This document shows, piece by piece, positions 45,856 to 54,848 of a DNA stretch of 64,000 bases (its first letter is position 1; every line of letters begins with the position of its first letter). The translations under genes and the position numbers were made by a program. The notes beneath the pieces were generated by a model. That model had not been told where the DNA came from and did no database searches. It saw only the letters and a list, made by a program, of their open reading frames with translations. Location of the stretch: the sequence record MH595538.1, one strand, 5' to 3'.

Positions 45856-46803
45856 ATGCAAGAATTTAATACCCTCGCCTTGATGAAAGCAGGAAGTTTT
45901 AATGACGGCGAAGAGTTACTAGATAAAGAAAACGGAATTGTTTACAAGGCAATTACACTTTTATCCGTAAGTTCTGCGTCTGTAAAAGCAAATAATGGAC
46001 TTTATCTAGAGCCTTATCGTCTAGGTACTGACGAGCATCAGTCAGAAAAGATTCAGGCAATCCCGGAGCCTACCGAGACCGATGTTCTCATTCCAGATCA
46101 CGATCAGTCTAAAGGATATAAGAAAGACGCCCCTGTGATAAAAGACGGCGATATCTTCAGGGCCAATAGCGATATAACGGCCAATACTGCTTTTGTTGAA
46201 GGCATTAACTCTAACGAATGGACGAAAATAGGAACGCCGTTGTTAACTGAAAAAGAACGATATCATCAAGTAAAATCGATTGTTTTCGATTTCTTCACTA
46301 ACTACGGCGATGGTACATATGCATCTCTTAATCAAATCATGTTGTTTAAGAAAGACGGGACAAGACTGGTTATCGAAAGAAGTAAACTAAACATTGTCGC
46401 CAGTAGTGGAATGTATGCCAATCCTAACAGTAATGTTGCATGGTCCGGTTATAATATCATGGAGACAAGCCCTGATTTGAATGTGGCTAATAGTTCTACC
46501 TATGCAATGCTCTTTAAGGTAGAGGGAATGCCGAGCAGAGTACAGTTTAAATTTACAAACCCTCTTGATTTTTCAGTAGTCAAGGTTGTCAACTATCACT
46601 GGCATGAAGGGTCGAATGCACCAGATCGAGCAATCAGAGAAATGGCCTGTTATGTTGACTATGAGAATGCTAATTTAAATAGTCCCGGAGATGCACCTTC
46701 GAGTAATTCCGCTAATATATTTACAGGCGTTATACCTCGTCACGGCACTATCACTAACTATCCGGAAGACAAAGAACTTATAACCATATCTCCTCCATTA
46801 TAA
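45856..46803 (+). CDS. Putative decoration/fibre protein: N-module B, one CBM-like repeat, discoidin-like domain
   Basis: FNTL..MKA; YKKDAPVIKDGDIFRAN; VKSIVFDF..NYG...LNQIMLF. Confidence 0.6.
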   Translation: MQEFNTLALMKAGSFNDGEELLDKENGIVYKAITLLSVSSASVKANNGLYLEPYRLGTDEHQSEKIQAIPEPTETDVLIPDHDQSKGYKKDAPVIKDGDIFRANSDITANTAFVEGINSNEWTKIGTPLLTEKERYHQVKSIVFDFFTNYGDGTYASLNQIMLFKKDGTRLVIERSKLNIVASSGMYANPNSNVAWSGYNIMETSPDLNVANSSTYAMLFKVEGMPSRVQFKFTNPLDFSVVKVVNYHWHEGSNAPDRAIREMACYVDYENANLNSPGDAPSSNSANIFTGVIPRHGTITNYPEDKELITISPPL

Positions 46804-46835
46804 TCTTGTGAGTGCGAACTCATAGGAGACTATCA

Positions 46836-47153
46836 ATGAATGGACTAGATCTAGATCTTAACTCTGTATCCGATACAGACAGTGCACATAGTGCGTCTAC
46901 ATGGGTAATTCAAAATACCCAAACCAGACGCCAGATTAAAAACTTAAAGATGCGCTTTGATGCATCGAAGGTGTACAGCAAGGAGTTCCTAAAGGCCATA
47001 CTAAACTATAAGTTAGTATTCCTTAAAAAGATTTACATTCTAGCTGTTGAAGGATGTAATCAATTCACATTGGAAAACCTAATAATGGTTCTTCATGATC
47101 TAGATATAGACCCTCGCAGGTTGTTTCTAAACGGTAGTGAATTAAATGCTTAA
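46836..47153 (+). CDS. Hypothetical protein
   Basis: Start moved to ATG 46836 (GGAG RBS). Confidence 0.55.
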   Translation: MNGLDLDLNSVSDTDSAHSASTWVIQNTQTRRQIKNLKMRFDASKVYSKEFLKAILNYKLVFLKKIYILAVEGCNQFTLENLIMVLHDLDIDPRRLFLNGSELNA

Positions 47154-47154
47154 T

Positions 47155-47178
47155 GAGAGAGGGCCTAGGCCCTCTCTC
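47155..47178. terminator. Perfect 24-bp palindrome, probable terminator hairpin
   Basis: GAGAGAGGGC-CTAG-GCCCTCTCTC. Confidence 0.7.
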
Positions 47179-47185
47179 TAAGTTT

Positions 47186-47195
47186 AATCGAATAG
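47186..47195 (+). promoter_or_regulatory. Candidate late promoter motif AATCGAATAG
   Basis: Directly after a hairpin. Confidence 0.45.
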
Positions 47196-47216
47196 ATGAT
47201 ACCAGGAGATAGTTAA

Positions 47217-48146
47217 ATGGCAATTAATGATTATGCGAACCTGACCGCCTTGAAAGCAGCAAACTTACAGCCGGATGACAAGGCCTATGATGAAGAAACG
47301 GGCTTGTCTTATATAATAACGACAATGCTATCTGTGCAAGGAAAAGCAGAAAAATTAGACAATGGTAACTATGCGGTACTTTCACCTAAGGTAAGCGACG
47401 AAAAACAAAAAGAGCTTTTCGCGGACACTGGGGATAGTCTCGTGGTTGAGGAATGGAACGCAGCTAATGCTTATAAGAAAGACGAAGCTGTCACTAGAAA
47501 CAATTACATGTACTTAGCCAACAGCAATATTGCAGCCAATACTGCCTTTGTGCAAGGTACTGGCAATAACCAGTGGCGAAGGGTAGATGGAGTAGTTCCA
47601 AATAACGAAGAGTATCAGAATATAAAATATATCGCATTTGATATGATAAGCTGTTATGGCATTAATTATTCTGCTATTAATCAAATAATGTTTTATACTA
47701 GAAATGGGGATCGTGTAATAATACCGAGTAAAGCTTATTCGAGAAACTCATCAAATGCATTTGTAACCGATCCTACAAGTAGCGATACGTGGGCAGGAGA
47801 TGAATGCTTGGATGAGAATCCTCATGAAACCCAGTCAACGCCAATGGAGTATTGTTTCATGTCTCGAGCCAATCAGGTTCCTGCAAGATGGGTTTTCGCA
47901 CTAGACACCCCTATCAGTTTCACGACTATGAAGCTAGTTAATTTCGCATACCATAATGGAACCGGCTTGGATCGCGGAGTAAAAGACTGCGAGGTGAGAG
48001 TATCTGCAGTCCCGTTCGACGTGGATAATGTACAAGGCAATGATGCAGGGTCGGTACTTTTATTTCAGGGAACTCTACCTATGCACCCTTCTTTTTCTTC
48101 AGGCTGGCCTGATGTTAGAGCAGTAATAAACCTGGACGTATTATAA
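47217..48146 (+). CDS. Paralog of 45856 (N-module B, CBM-like repeat, discoidin-like domain)
   Basis: ANSNIAANTAFVQG versus ANSDITANTAFVEG; INQIMFY; VN(F/Y)..H.G..DR. Confidence 0.65.
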   Translation: MAINDYANLTALKAANLQPDDKAYDEETGLSYIITTMLSVQGKAEKLDNGNYAVLSPKVSDEKQKELFADTGDSLVVEEWNAANAYKKDEAVTRNNYMYLANSNIAANTAFVQGTGNNQWRRVDGVVPNNEEYQNIKYIAFDMISCYGINYSAINQIMFYTRNGDRVIIPSKAYSRNSSNAFVTDPTSSDTWAGDECLDENPHETQSTPMEYCFMSRANQVPARWVFALDTPISFTTMKLVNFAYHNGTGLDRGVKDCEVRVSAVPFDVDNVQGNDAGSVLLFQGTLPMHPSFSSGWPDVRAVINLDVL

Positions 48147-48163
48147 ATTAACAGGAGTTGATC

Positions 48164-48847
48164 ATGTCTAAATTATTATGGCCTGATGAATTCGGGCCTT
48201 TTTACACACCAGAGCAAATGGCCTCCATGGGAACGTTCGAAGGGCGGTATTGGGAGTCTGTTGCCAAGTCTGGTAAAAAGCCTATCGGCAATTTAAAGTC
48301 ATGGGGTAAATACGACAATGTTGTTTCCTTTAGTAAAGAAGAACGTGATCCTAAAAAATATAATAAATACGGAATCAAGTCTAGATCTTCTTTAGGGGAA
48401 TGGCGTAAGAATGGATGGCTAACACCAAATAGTCCTTTTGGATGGTATCAGTGGTATATTCATTTCTTTTATGGTCGTCGTGAAATTGAATTTAAAAATA
48501 AATCTGAAGATGCGTGGCAGATTGGACGCTTTAGATCTTTTGTGGCACGCCATGTAGGCGGGGCTAAAGCAAGAGGCGGGGCATCAGATAAGCAAAAACA
48601 AGGTTTATTGCAATGGGGCTGGAATCACGATCATTCATTTACTGATGAACGCATCTTAACGAATGCCAAGAAAATGGCGCGTATTGTTAAAGCTGAGGTC
48701 GTCACGATGGATGAATTCTTAATTGAATATGGATTCAAAGAAGCGCCTAAAGAAAAGAAAGAGGACAAAGACAAAGGTCCTAAGAACGAATATAGTCCGG
48801 GCGGGATTTATATCGGACGTAATATAGTAAAACCTTCTGACTGGTAG
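48164..48847 (+). CDS. Trp/Arg-rich conserved protein of unknown function
   Basis: FGPFYTPEQM..MGTFEGRYW, PFGWYQWY..FFYGRR, WQIGRF...RH and KQGLLQWGW: a motif set I recall from large phages and giant viruses (unverified). Confidence 0.55.
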   Translation: MSKLLWPDEFGPFYTPEQMASMGTFEGRYWESVAKSGKKPIGNLKSWGKYDNVVSFSKEERDPKKYNKYGIKSRSSLGEWRKNGWLTPNSPFGWYQWYIHFFYGRREIEFKNKSEDAWQIGRFRSFVARHVGGAKARGGASDKQKQGLLQWGWNHDHSFTDERILTNAKKMARIVKAEVVTMDEFLIEYGFKEAPKEKKEDKDKGPKNEYSPGGIYIGRNIVKPSDW

Positions 48848-48856
48848 GGATTTAAA

Positions 48857-50347
48857 ATGGCAGAATATACAGTAGTAGATTTAGCAGCAGCTAAATCACA
48901 GAATGCTAATGATGGAGACCTCATAAAGGTTGAGTCTAATAACAACGTTTATGTTGTTAGGAGTCCCTTAGATGCACCATCAAAAGGCATCGTCAATGAC
49001 GCAGGCAAAGTACTAGTTTGGAATTCCAATCATACGATAGAAGACTCGTTTGAAGAAATTGATGCCGTTAAGAACTCAAGCTCTGGACTTGCGCCTTGGA
49101 GTGATAGCGAGACTTACGATACTGGTGATGTTGTCTATCATCAAAACAGGGTGCTTGAATGTAATGCCGATGGAATTACAGGTAACTTTAATTCTGATAA
49201 TTGGAATGTTCTAGTAGGACCTGTATATGGAGCAAATGGAAATAGGTTCACTGGGGTTAAATCAATCATTGTCGAATTTGAACAATTTCCTTCGGGTGAT
49301 TCAGGGAGTTATTTCGGAATTAAGTATTTAGAATTAAGGGATTACAACGGCACTTTGGTTAATCCATCTGCGGTATCAAGTTCGAGCACAAGCCATGACA
49401 TGCATAATAATACGAACTATTATCCTGAAGCTATCATGCTTAGCAGCATGCATCAGGATGGCAGTACAGAAAGAGCATTATGGGTGTCCGGTGTTGCGGG
49501 AGAAAATAGAAAAACCACGAGAATATGTTTTGTACTCAGTTCACCCATTGACATCCATACGATGAAAATACGCACCAGTACCAGTGCAGGCCAATGTCCG
49601 GCTAAAGTTAGGGTATATGGCAGTGCTATCAATCCTCGATCAGCAGGATTAGTGGATTTCATAAGAGAACCATGGCTCAAGTTAATGGGCGGCTATGACT
49701 TTATTGATAATGATACTCCGGCAAGTAATACTGAAATAGATTTAGTGATGGAGAGTGGAGTTAATTCCTTGCCTCGATATAGAAGCAGGGAGGTAGATGT
49801 ATGGTCAATGCATAAAACGGATAGTCCTAACCGAGGAGGAGGTGACCACATCATGGCTTCTTCTGTCGGATATCTAGAAAGAGGTAAAAAAATAGCTGCC
49901 GCATTTTGGTTAACAAGCCACGGAAGAAATGGAGATCTTTCCTCTTTCAGCATGATGAATGATACTAATGCAGATGGTACTTACGAAACTGTCTATGGTG
50001 CTTTGCAGTCTGGCCTAGAACCAACCGCTGATTACCGATTCTTAACCAGTGGAATAACTCCCGGAAGCGTAAACGTTAATTCTAACATGGGTAGGGTTCT
50101 AGATCTCAGGGACAAAAATATTATTGTTCCTAATTTCGACGTATATGGACTTATCAGCCACCAGGACCATAATGGAACATTCAGCAATAACAGTGCATAT
50201 GGTCCAGATGCGACCCATAATACAATACCTGGGCATCAAGATGCGAGTTACTATAGTAATCAGGACGATTGGGTGCAAGGAGTTTCTCGAGCTACAACAA
50301 ACAGCTTCGGAACTAGTGCATTCATATCATTCCTATATGAGGATTAA
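48857..50347 (+). CDS. Putative fibre protein: N-module B, CBM-like repeat, discoidin-like domain, variable tip
   Basis: Collinear with 50351 up to DF(I/L)REPW(L/I)KLMG and ...LPRY, then diverges. Confidence 0.65.
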   Translation: MAEYTVVDLAAAKSQNANDGDLIKVESNNNVYVVRSPLDAPSKGIVNDAGKVLVWNSNHTIEDSFEEIDAVKNSSSGLAPWSDSETYDTGDVVYHQNRVLECNADGITGNFNSDNWNVLVGPVYGANGNRFTGVKSIIVEFEQFPSGDSGSYFGIKYLELRDYNGTLVNPSAVSSSSTSHDMHNNTNYYPEAIMLSSMHQDGSTERALWVSGVAGENRKTTRICFVLSSPIDIHTMKIRTSTSAGQCPAKVRVYGSAINPRSAGLVDFIREPWLKLMGGYDFIDNDTPASNTEIDLVMESGVNSLPRYRSREVDVWSMHKTDSPNRGGGDHIMASSVGYLERGKKIAAAFWLTSHGRNGDLSSFSMMNDTNADGTYETVYGALQSGLEPTADYRFLTSGITPGSVNVNSNMGRVLDLRDKNIIVPNFDVYGLISHQDHNGTFSNNSAYGPDATHNTIPGHQDASYYSNQDDWVQGVSRATTNSFGTSAFISFLYED

Positions 50348-50350
50348 ACA

Positions 50351-51835
50351 ATGGCGAGTTATGAAGTGAATACACTCAATGATGCTAAAGCACAAAGTGC
50401 CTCAGAAGGAGACCAGATTACAGTAAAAGACACAGGTAGTGTTTACATTGTAAAAGATCCTTTAGATGCCTCTACAGCGTCAGTAAAAAGAAACGATGGT
50501 AATGTGTTAGTGTTCTCTAGTGCAATTACTGTCACTAATAATTCAACCTCAATTAAAGACCTTAAGGAAAACCCTGTAGGGTCTGACATCGATGATTACG
50601 ATACCTCTAAGGCTTATAAGACTGGAGACATTGTTTATCATGATAATCGTTTATTAGAAGCGAATAAAGATACCTCAGGCACCTTTACAGAAGATGACTG
50701 GGATATTAAGGTAGGGCCTCCGTTTACCGTCGTGAACAATCGATTCACAGGTGTGAAGACTCTAATTGCAGAGTTTAAGTCTTTCACTCCAGAATCCGGA
50801 TATTATGGCATGCGTTATCTTGAAATAAAGAATGCTGCTGGAGAAATAGTTAATCCGGATGCAATCGAATACTTCATATCTTCTCCTGTTATTACAACAA
50901 ATACAGGCGGAGGTGATGTTCCAGACACTATTCTCAAATTTAAAAATCCCGATGTGGATAACAGCAGTTCTAGAGCTCTCTGGCCAGGATCGTCCAGTTT
51001 AGCGAAGAGATCGGTAACAAGGATGGTTATTGTGTTTAACAGCCCGATTGACGTTCATTCTATGCGCGTCATGCTTGCTAAAAACACTAATCAGACTGCT
51101 GAATACATTCGTGTCTTCGGAAGCGCGGTTGATACAGGGGCCTTAGGGGCTGTTGATTTCTTGAGAGAACCATGGATTAAATTAATGGGGAGTTTTTACA
51201 GCACTGACATTAATAATCCTGGGAATAGCGAATGGGCTGATTTGGAGATGGAAGATGGCGGGACGTTACCGAGATATTATAATCATGTCAAAATAGCGGA
51301 TCCGGTAGGTTATCTTACACCCACAGAATATGCAGGAGGTAGAAGCTTCTTAAGTGCCCACCGCGGATATATTGACCCTGGTAAGAAACTTGCTGGAGTA
51401 ATATGGACCGCCGAAGGGACAGTACTGGCTGACTTTAGAAAGGCCGCAGCAAGTTTCACTAACGCACTCACTGTAGGATCCGCCTTTGTTCAGCCTCTTA
51501 AGGAACCTATATGCTATGTCTTCGATGGAAACAGATATGATGATCCATCCCCGTTAGGCTCGGCCGAGCCGTCTGCGTTTCTATTAGACTTTAGGTCTAA
51601 TAATTTCATTACTCCGGCTACAAGCTATGTTCTCGTTTCTACGGTAGATGCAAATGGTGACCCTATGCAGGCTGTACAGTATTCAAGTGTATCAACAGTG
51701 GGTTTTGATGAAAACCGCGGCGGTTACGAAAATAAAACCTATTATACTAATGATGCAATTGCTGATAATTCCTCGTTTACATTATCCAGCAGTTATGGCA
51801 ATTCCGCAAACGTCATGGTTATTTATGAAGATTGA
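50351..51835 (+). CDS. Paralog of 48857
   Basis: NRFTGVK, Y(F/Y)G..YLE, PID(I/V)H.M and DFLREPWIKLMG shared. Confidence 0.65.
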   Translation: MASYEVNTLNDAKAQSASEGDQITVKDTGSVYIVKDPLDASTASVKRNDGNVLVFSSAITVTNNSTSIKDLKENPVGSDIDDYDTSKAYKTGDIVYHDNRLLEANKDTSGTFTEDDWDIKVGPPFTVVNNRFTGVKTLIAEFKSFTPESGYYGMRYLEIKNAAGEIVNPDAIEYFISSPVITTNTGGGDVPDTILKFKNPDVDNSSSRALWPGSSSLAKRSVTRMVIVFNSPIDVHSMRVMLAKNTNQTAEYIRVFGSAVDTGALGAVDFLREPWIKLMGSFYSTDINNPGNSEWADLEMEDGGTLPRYYNHVKIADPVGYLTPTEYAGGRSFLSAHRGYIDPGKKLAGVIWTAEGTVLADFRKAAASFTNALTVGSAFVQPLKEPICYVFDGNRYDDPSPLGSAEPSAFLLDFRSNNFITPATSYVLVSTVDANGDPMQAVQYSSVSTVGFDENRGGYENKTYYTNDAIADNSSFTLSSSYGNSANVMVIYED

Positions 51836-51837
51836 TT

Positions 51838-51861
51838 CTAAAGGGGCTAGAGTCCCTTTAG
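51838..51861 (+). terminator. Intrinsic terminator
   Basis: CTAAAGGGGC-TAGA-GTCCCTTTAG followed by TTTTTT. Confidence 0.7.
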
Positions 51862-51879
51862 TTTTTTAATTTATTGTCG

Positions 51880-51889
51880 AATTTAATAG
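51880..51889 (+). promoter_or_regulatory. Candidate late promoter motif AATTTAATAG
   Basis: After a terminator, 20 nt before the 51910 start. Confidence 0.4.
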
Positions 51890-51909
51890 ACGTTCAAGAG
51901 GACAATACG

Positions 51910-52689
51910 ATGGCACTAACCGAAGTTAACACACTCGCCGACGCAAAGGCATTGTCCTTTCCGCTCGAAGATGCAATTCTAGTGAAAGATACAAATAAAA
52001 GATACAGAGCAGTTCCAATTTTGGATGTTAATGGAACCGCTGTGAAAACAGACAATGCTTCTTATATGCTGCAAGAAATAGTTAAGGATTCCGACGTTTT
52101 AGTTGAAGGCATCGGCGGTACTTCCTTAGCAGGAATTGAATATGACGAAACTAAGAAAAGGCTTAAGCAAACAGAAACACCTTCTGGCGATGCTGACGAA
52201 GATCTCCAGCTCATGATTCATAGCGATATTGAAAAGCTAGGTATTGAAAGATATGAATTAGAGATCAGCATTGCTGACATACCCACAGGTAGTGCAACCT
52301 ATGGGTATAAGACCGCTCAGGCAGCCCCTGGGGAGAAATGGGGTATTATTCTCCATAGTCCTAACGCAGCGAGCACTGAAGTATATTTAGCCTTTTATGG
52401 GAATAACAATGACGCTTCATCAGGAGAGTCAATAGATGCAATAGGGGCATCTAACTATTATGATTCCGCATGGACCTATGGAAATGAAATTAAAGCCCTT
52501 TTCTATACTCGTGTTCCAATTGGCCGTGCTGATAGAACAACCAATGACCAAAAAACTAGGCTCAATATCAGGGGCTTCATGACTGTAACTGCTCAATCAG
52601 GTTATCTTTATTTTGTAAGATTTCAAAATTCCAGCATTAACTCCCTCAAGTTAATCGTTACAAAATTCACTCCAATAAATACTCTTTAA
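51910..52689 (+). CDS. Putative fibre protein with N-module B
   Basis: Start moved to ATG 51910 (GAGG RBS). EVNTLADAK...ILVKDTNKRY; YDE..KR..Q as in 40339/41443. Confidence 0.6.
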   Translation: MALTEVNTLADAKALSFPLEDAILVKDTNKRYRAVPILDVNGTAVKTDNASYMLQEIVKDSDVLVEGIGGTSLAGIEYDETKKRLKQTETPSGDADEDLQLMIHSDIEKLGIERYELEISIADIPTGSATYGYKTAQAAPGEKWGIILHSPNAASTEVYLAFYGNNNDASSGESIDAIGASNYYDSAWTYGNEIKALFYTRVPIGRADRTTNDQKTRLNIRGFMTVTAQSGYLYFVRFQNSSINSLKLIVTKFTPINTL

Positions 52690-52706
52690 TATAATAAGGC
52701 GTTAAC

Positions 52707-54806
52707 ATGCTATCACCAAATGCTTGGGGTCTTACTAGACCTGAACCACCTGTATTTAAATTAACTGCGCCAGTGCTCGATGGTGTCGAATACAATCCTC
52801 TTGTTAGAATGTTTGAATATGAAGAGGAGCCAGCAACAGAAAGTTTACTGGACTTTCTTCCTGTTGTTCGAGTAGAAACAAGGGACGGTGTTGTTAGAGC
52901 ATCTGGTTTTAGTGCGCCTTATCTGGTTGAAGACATTAAACGCTTATGGAAGACGTCTAAGATAACTAACAATATCTTTATTGACTTATCTAGACGTTCA
53001 TTCACCTGTCATGAGTTCTTTGTTATTGAGATTATGTACATGCTCAATAAGCTATTGAACAGCCCAAAGACAAAAACCTCTAATAGTACAATTGAAAGTA
53101 TATTAGCAGGCCTTTCTGAAAATACCTGGATTTCAGAAGCTCTAGAGGCAGAGCCTTTAGAGATTGATATACATCGCCCTGAAAAGATGCTAATCGATCC
53201 TAATACAGGCAAACAGTTTACATACCTAGATGGACAAAGAGATTTCATTGTTCACTTAGCTGAGAATATGCCCAAGGCAGAAGTCAATGGCGCTATCCTA
53301 CATGCCGATCCCGGTACCGGTAAAACACTATCCGGTTATGCTACTCATCTTGCTTTTAACATGGATCTCACTATTTACAGTGTTCCATTGCCAGTAAGAA
53401 CGGATGTATGGGAAAAGACATTAAAGGAAAACTTTAAGCGCATTCCTAAATATTGGTCTTCTTCTATGCCAGGAGATCCTACAGGCAAAGAAGAAATCAT
53501 TATATGTCACTACGAGGCTCTCCCTCGCGTTCTAGCGGTGCTTAACAAGATAAAAGGTAAAAAGATAGGAGTTTGGCTAGATGAGTCTCACAACTTCGTA
53601 GAGGCGGTTTCTACACGCACACAGCGCTTCATTAAACTGGCTATTGAATCTGGAGCTATGTTTGTAGTGTGGGCATCTGGTACACCACTGAAAGCCTTGG
53701 GTAAAGAAGTTATTCCTATCCTTCAGTCTTTGGATCCTAAGCGCTTTACTCCGGCAGTGCAAGAAGCCTTCAAGAAAGTCTATGGTATGTCTACTCAGCA
53801 TGCACTGGATATTCTTAATAACCGATTAAAGCAGATCACGTTCCGTGTAGAAAAGAAAGACGTTGTTCAGATTGATAAGACCAAAAAGGATCTTTGGGTT
53901 AAACTGAGCGACGGCGATAAGTATACGCTAGAACATGTTAAGAACGAGATTACGGATTTCGTTACTGAGCAAACAAAATATTATGCAAGGCGCAAAGACG
54001 ACATTGAATATCAATGGGAAAAGTTTATGCGTGAAATTGAGCCTAAACTAACAGCCAATAAACAGGATGACTTTAAGCGATATAAGAAGTTCTGTAAAAT
54101 GATGCATACGATGTTTGATCAGGCAACCATGATCGATATCATGAAATGGTGTCGTGACTTTGAGCGCAATGAAATCTATCTAGTTCTAGATAATAAACGA
54201 CGTAAGGAGTTTAAGGAATTAGCGCCTAAGTATAAGTATATTGTTCTAGTGATTCGAGGACAAGCCTTGGGCCGAATCCTTACTCGTCGCCGTATTGATT
54301 GCTTTAAGCAATTAGCATTAAATGCCGACTACCGTCCAATCATTGATTCTGCTCGCGCTAAAACAATCTTCTTTACTTCTTATGTAGATGTCGCAAAGAC
54401 GCTTCATAAGCGCATGGAAGAAGAGGGCTATAATCCTATCTTGGTCATTGGTGAGACAAACAAAGACTTAGAACGGTTATTAGAGAGATCTCGCAGAGAC
54501 CCTGGCGTTAACCCTGTGATTGCGACATTGAAATCATTAGGTACCGGCGTACCCATGGTACACTGTAATGCAATGGTCTTTATTGATCTACCATTTAGAG
54601 ACTATCTCTATGAACAAGCCGTAGCGCGTATTGAGCGACTAGGACAGAAGTATCCAATCCTAGTTGTGCATACTATGTTAGACACTGGAGGTCTAAAGAA
54701 CTTAACTCAGCGGACTGAAGAGATCTTAAAGTGGTCTAAAGAACAAGTAGATGCGATGCTAGGCATAAATGGCGACGCTATCGATATAGAGCAGATTGCT
54801 TACTAA
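52707..54806 (+). CDS. SF2 (SNF2-like) helicase
   Basis: Walker A ADPGTGKT, Walker B WLDESH, motif III ASGTP, and C-terminal SLGTG...EQAVARIERLGQ. Confidence 0.9.
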   Translation: MLSPNAWGLTRPEPPVFKLTAPVLDGVEYNPLVRMFEYEEEPATESLLDFLPVVRVETRDGVVRASGFSAPYLVEDIKRLWKTSKITNNIFIDLSRRSFTCHEFFVIEIMYMLNKLLNSPKTKTSNSTIESILAGLSENTWISEALEAEPLEIDIHRPEKMLIDPNTGKQFTYLDGQRDFIVHLAENMPKAEVNGAILHADPGTGKTLSGYATHLAFNMDLTIYSVPLPVRTDVWEKTLKENFKRIPKYWSSSMPGDPTGKEEIIICHYEALPRVLAVLNKIKGKKIGVWLDESHNFVEAVSTRTQRFIKLAIESGAMFVVWASGTPLKALGKEVIPILQSLDPKRFTPAVQEAFKKVYGMSTQHALDILNNRLKQITFRVEKKDVVQIDKTKKDLWVKLSDGDKYTLEHVKNEITDFVTEQTKYYARRKDDIEYQWEKFMREIEPKLTANKQDDFKRYKKFCKMMHTMFDQATMIDIMKWCRDFERNEIYLVLDNKRRKEFKELAPKYKYIVLVIRGQALGRILTRRRIDCFKQLALNADYRPIIDSARAKTIFFTSYVDVAKTLHKRMEEEGYNPILVIGETNKDLERLLERSRRDPGVNPVIATLKSLGTGVPMVHCNAMVFIDLPFRDYLYEQAVARIERLGQKYPILVVHTMLDTGGLKNLTQRTEEILKWSKEQVDAMLGINGDAIDIEQIAY

Positions 54807-54814
54807 TAAATAAA

Positions 54815-54842
54815 ATATACTGGGGCAATTGCCCCAGTATAT
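54815..54842. terminator. Bidirectional terminator (perfect 28-bp palindrome)
   Basis: ATATACTGGGGC-AATT-GCCCCAGTATAT between convergent genes. Confidence 0.85.
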
Positions 54843-54848
54843 AAGTTT

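Noticed and set aside
21070-52689. Diversity-generating retroelement or shufflon acting on the fibre array
   Set aside because: No reverse transcriptase or recombinase in the window, and no near-identical template/variable repeat pair or repeated crossover sites seen by eye. An element elsewhere in the genome cannot be excluded.
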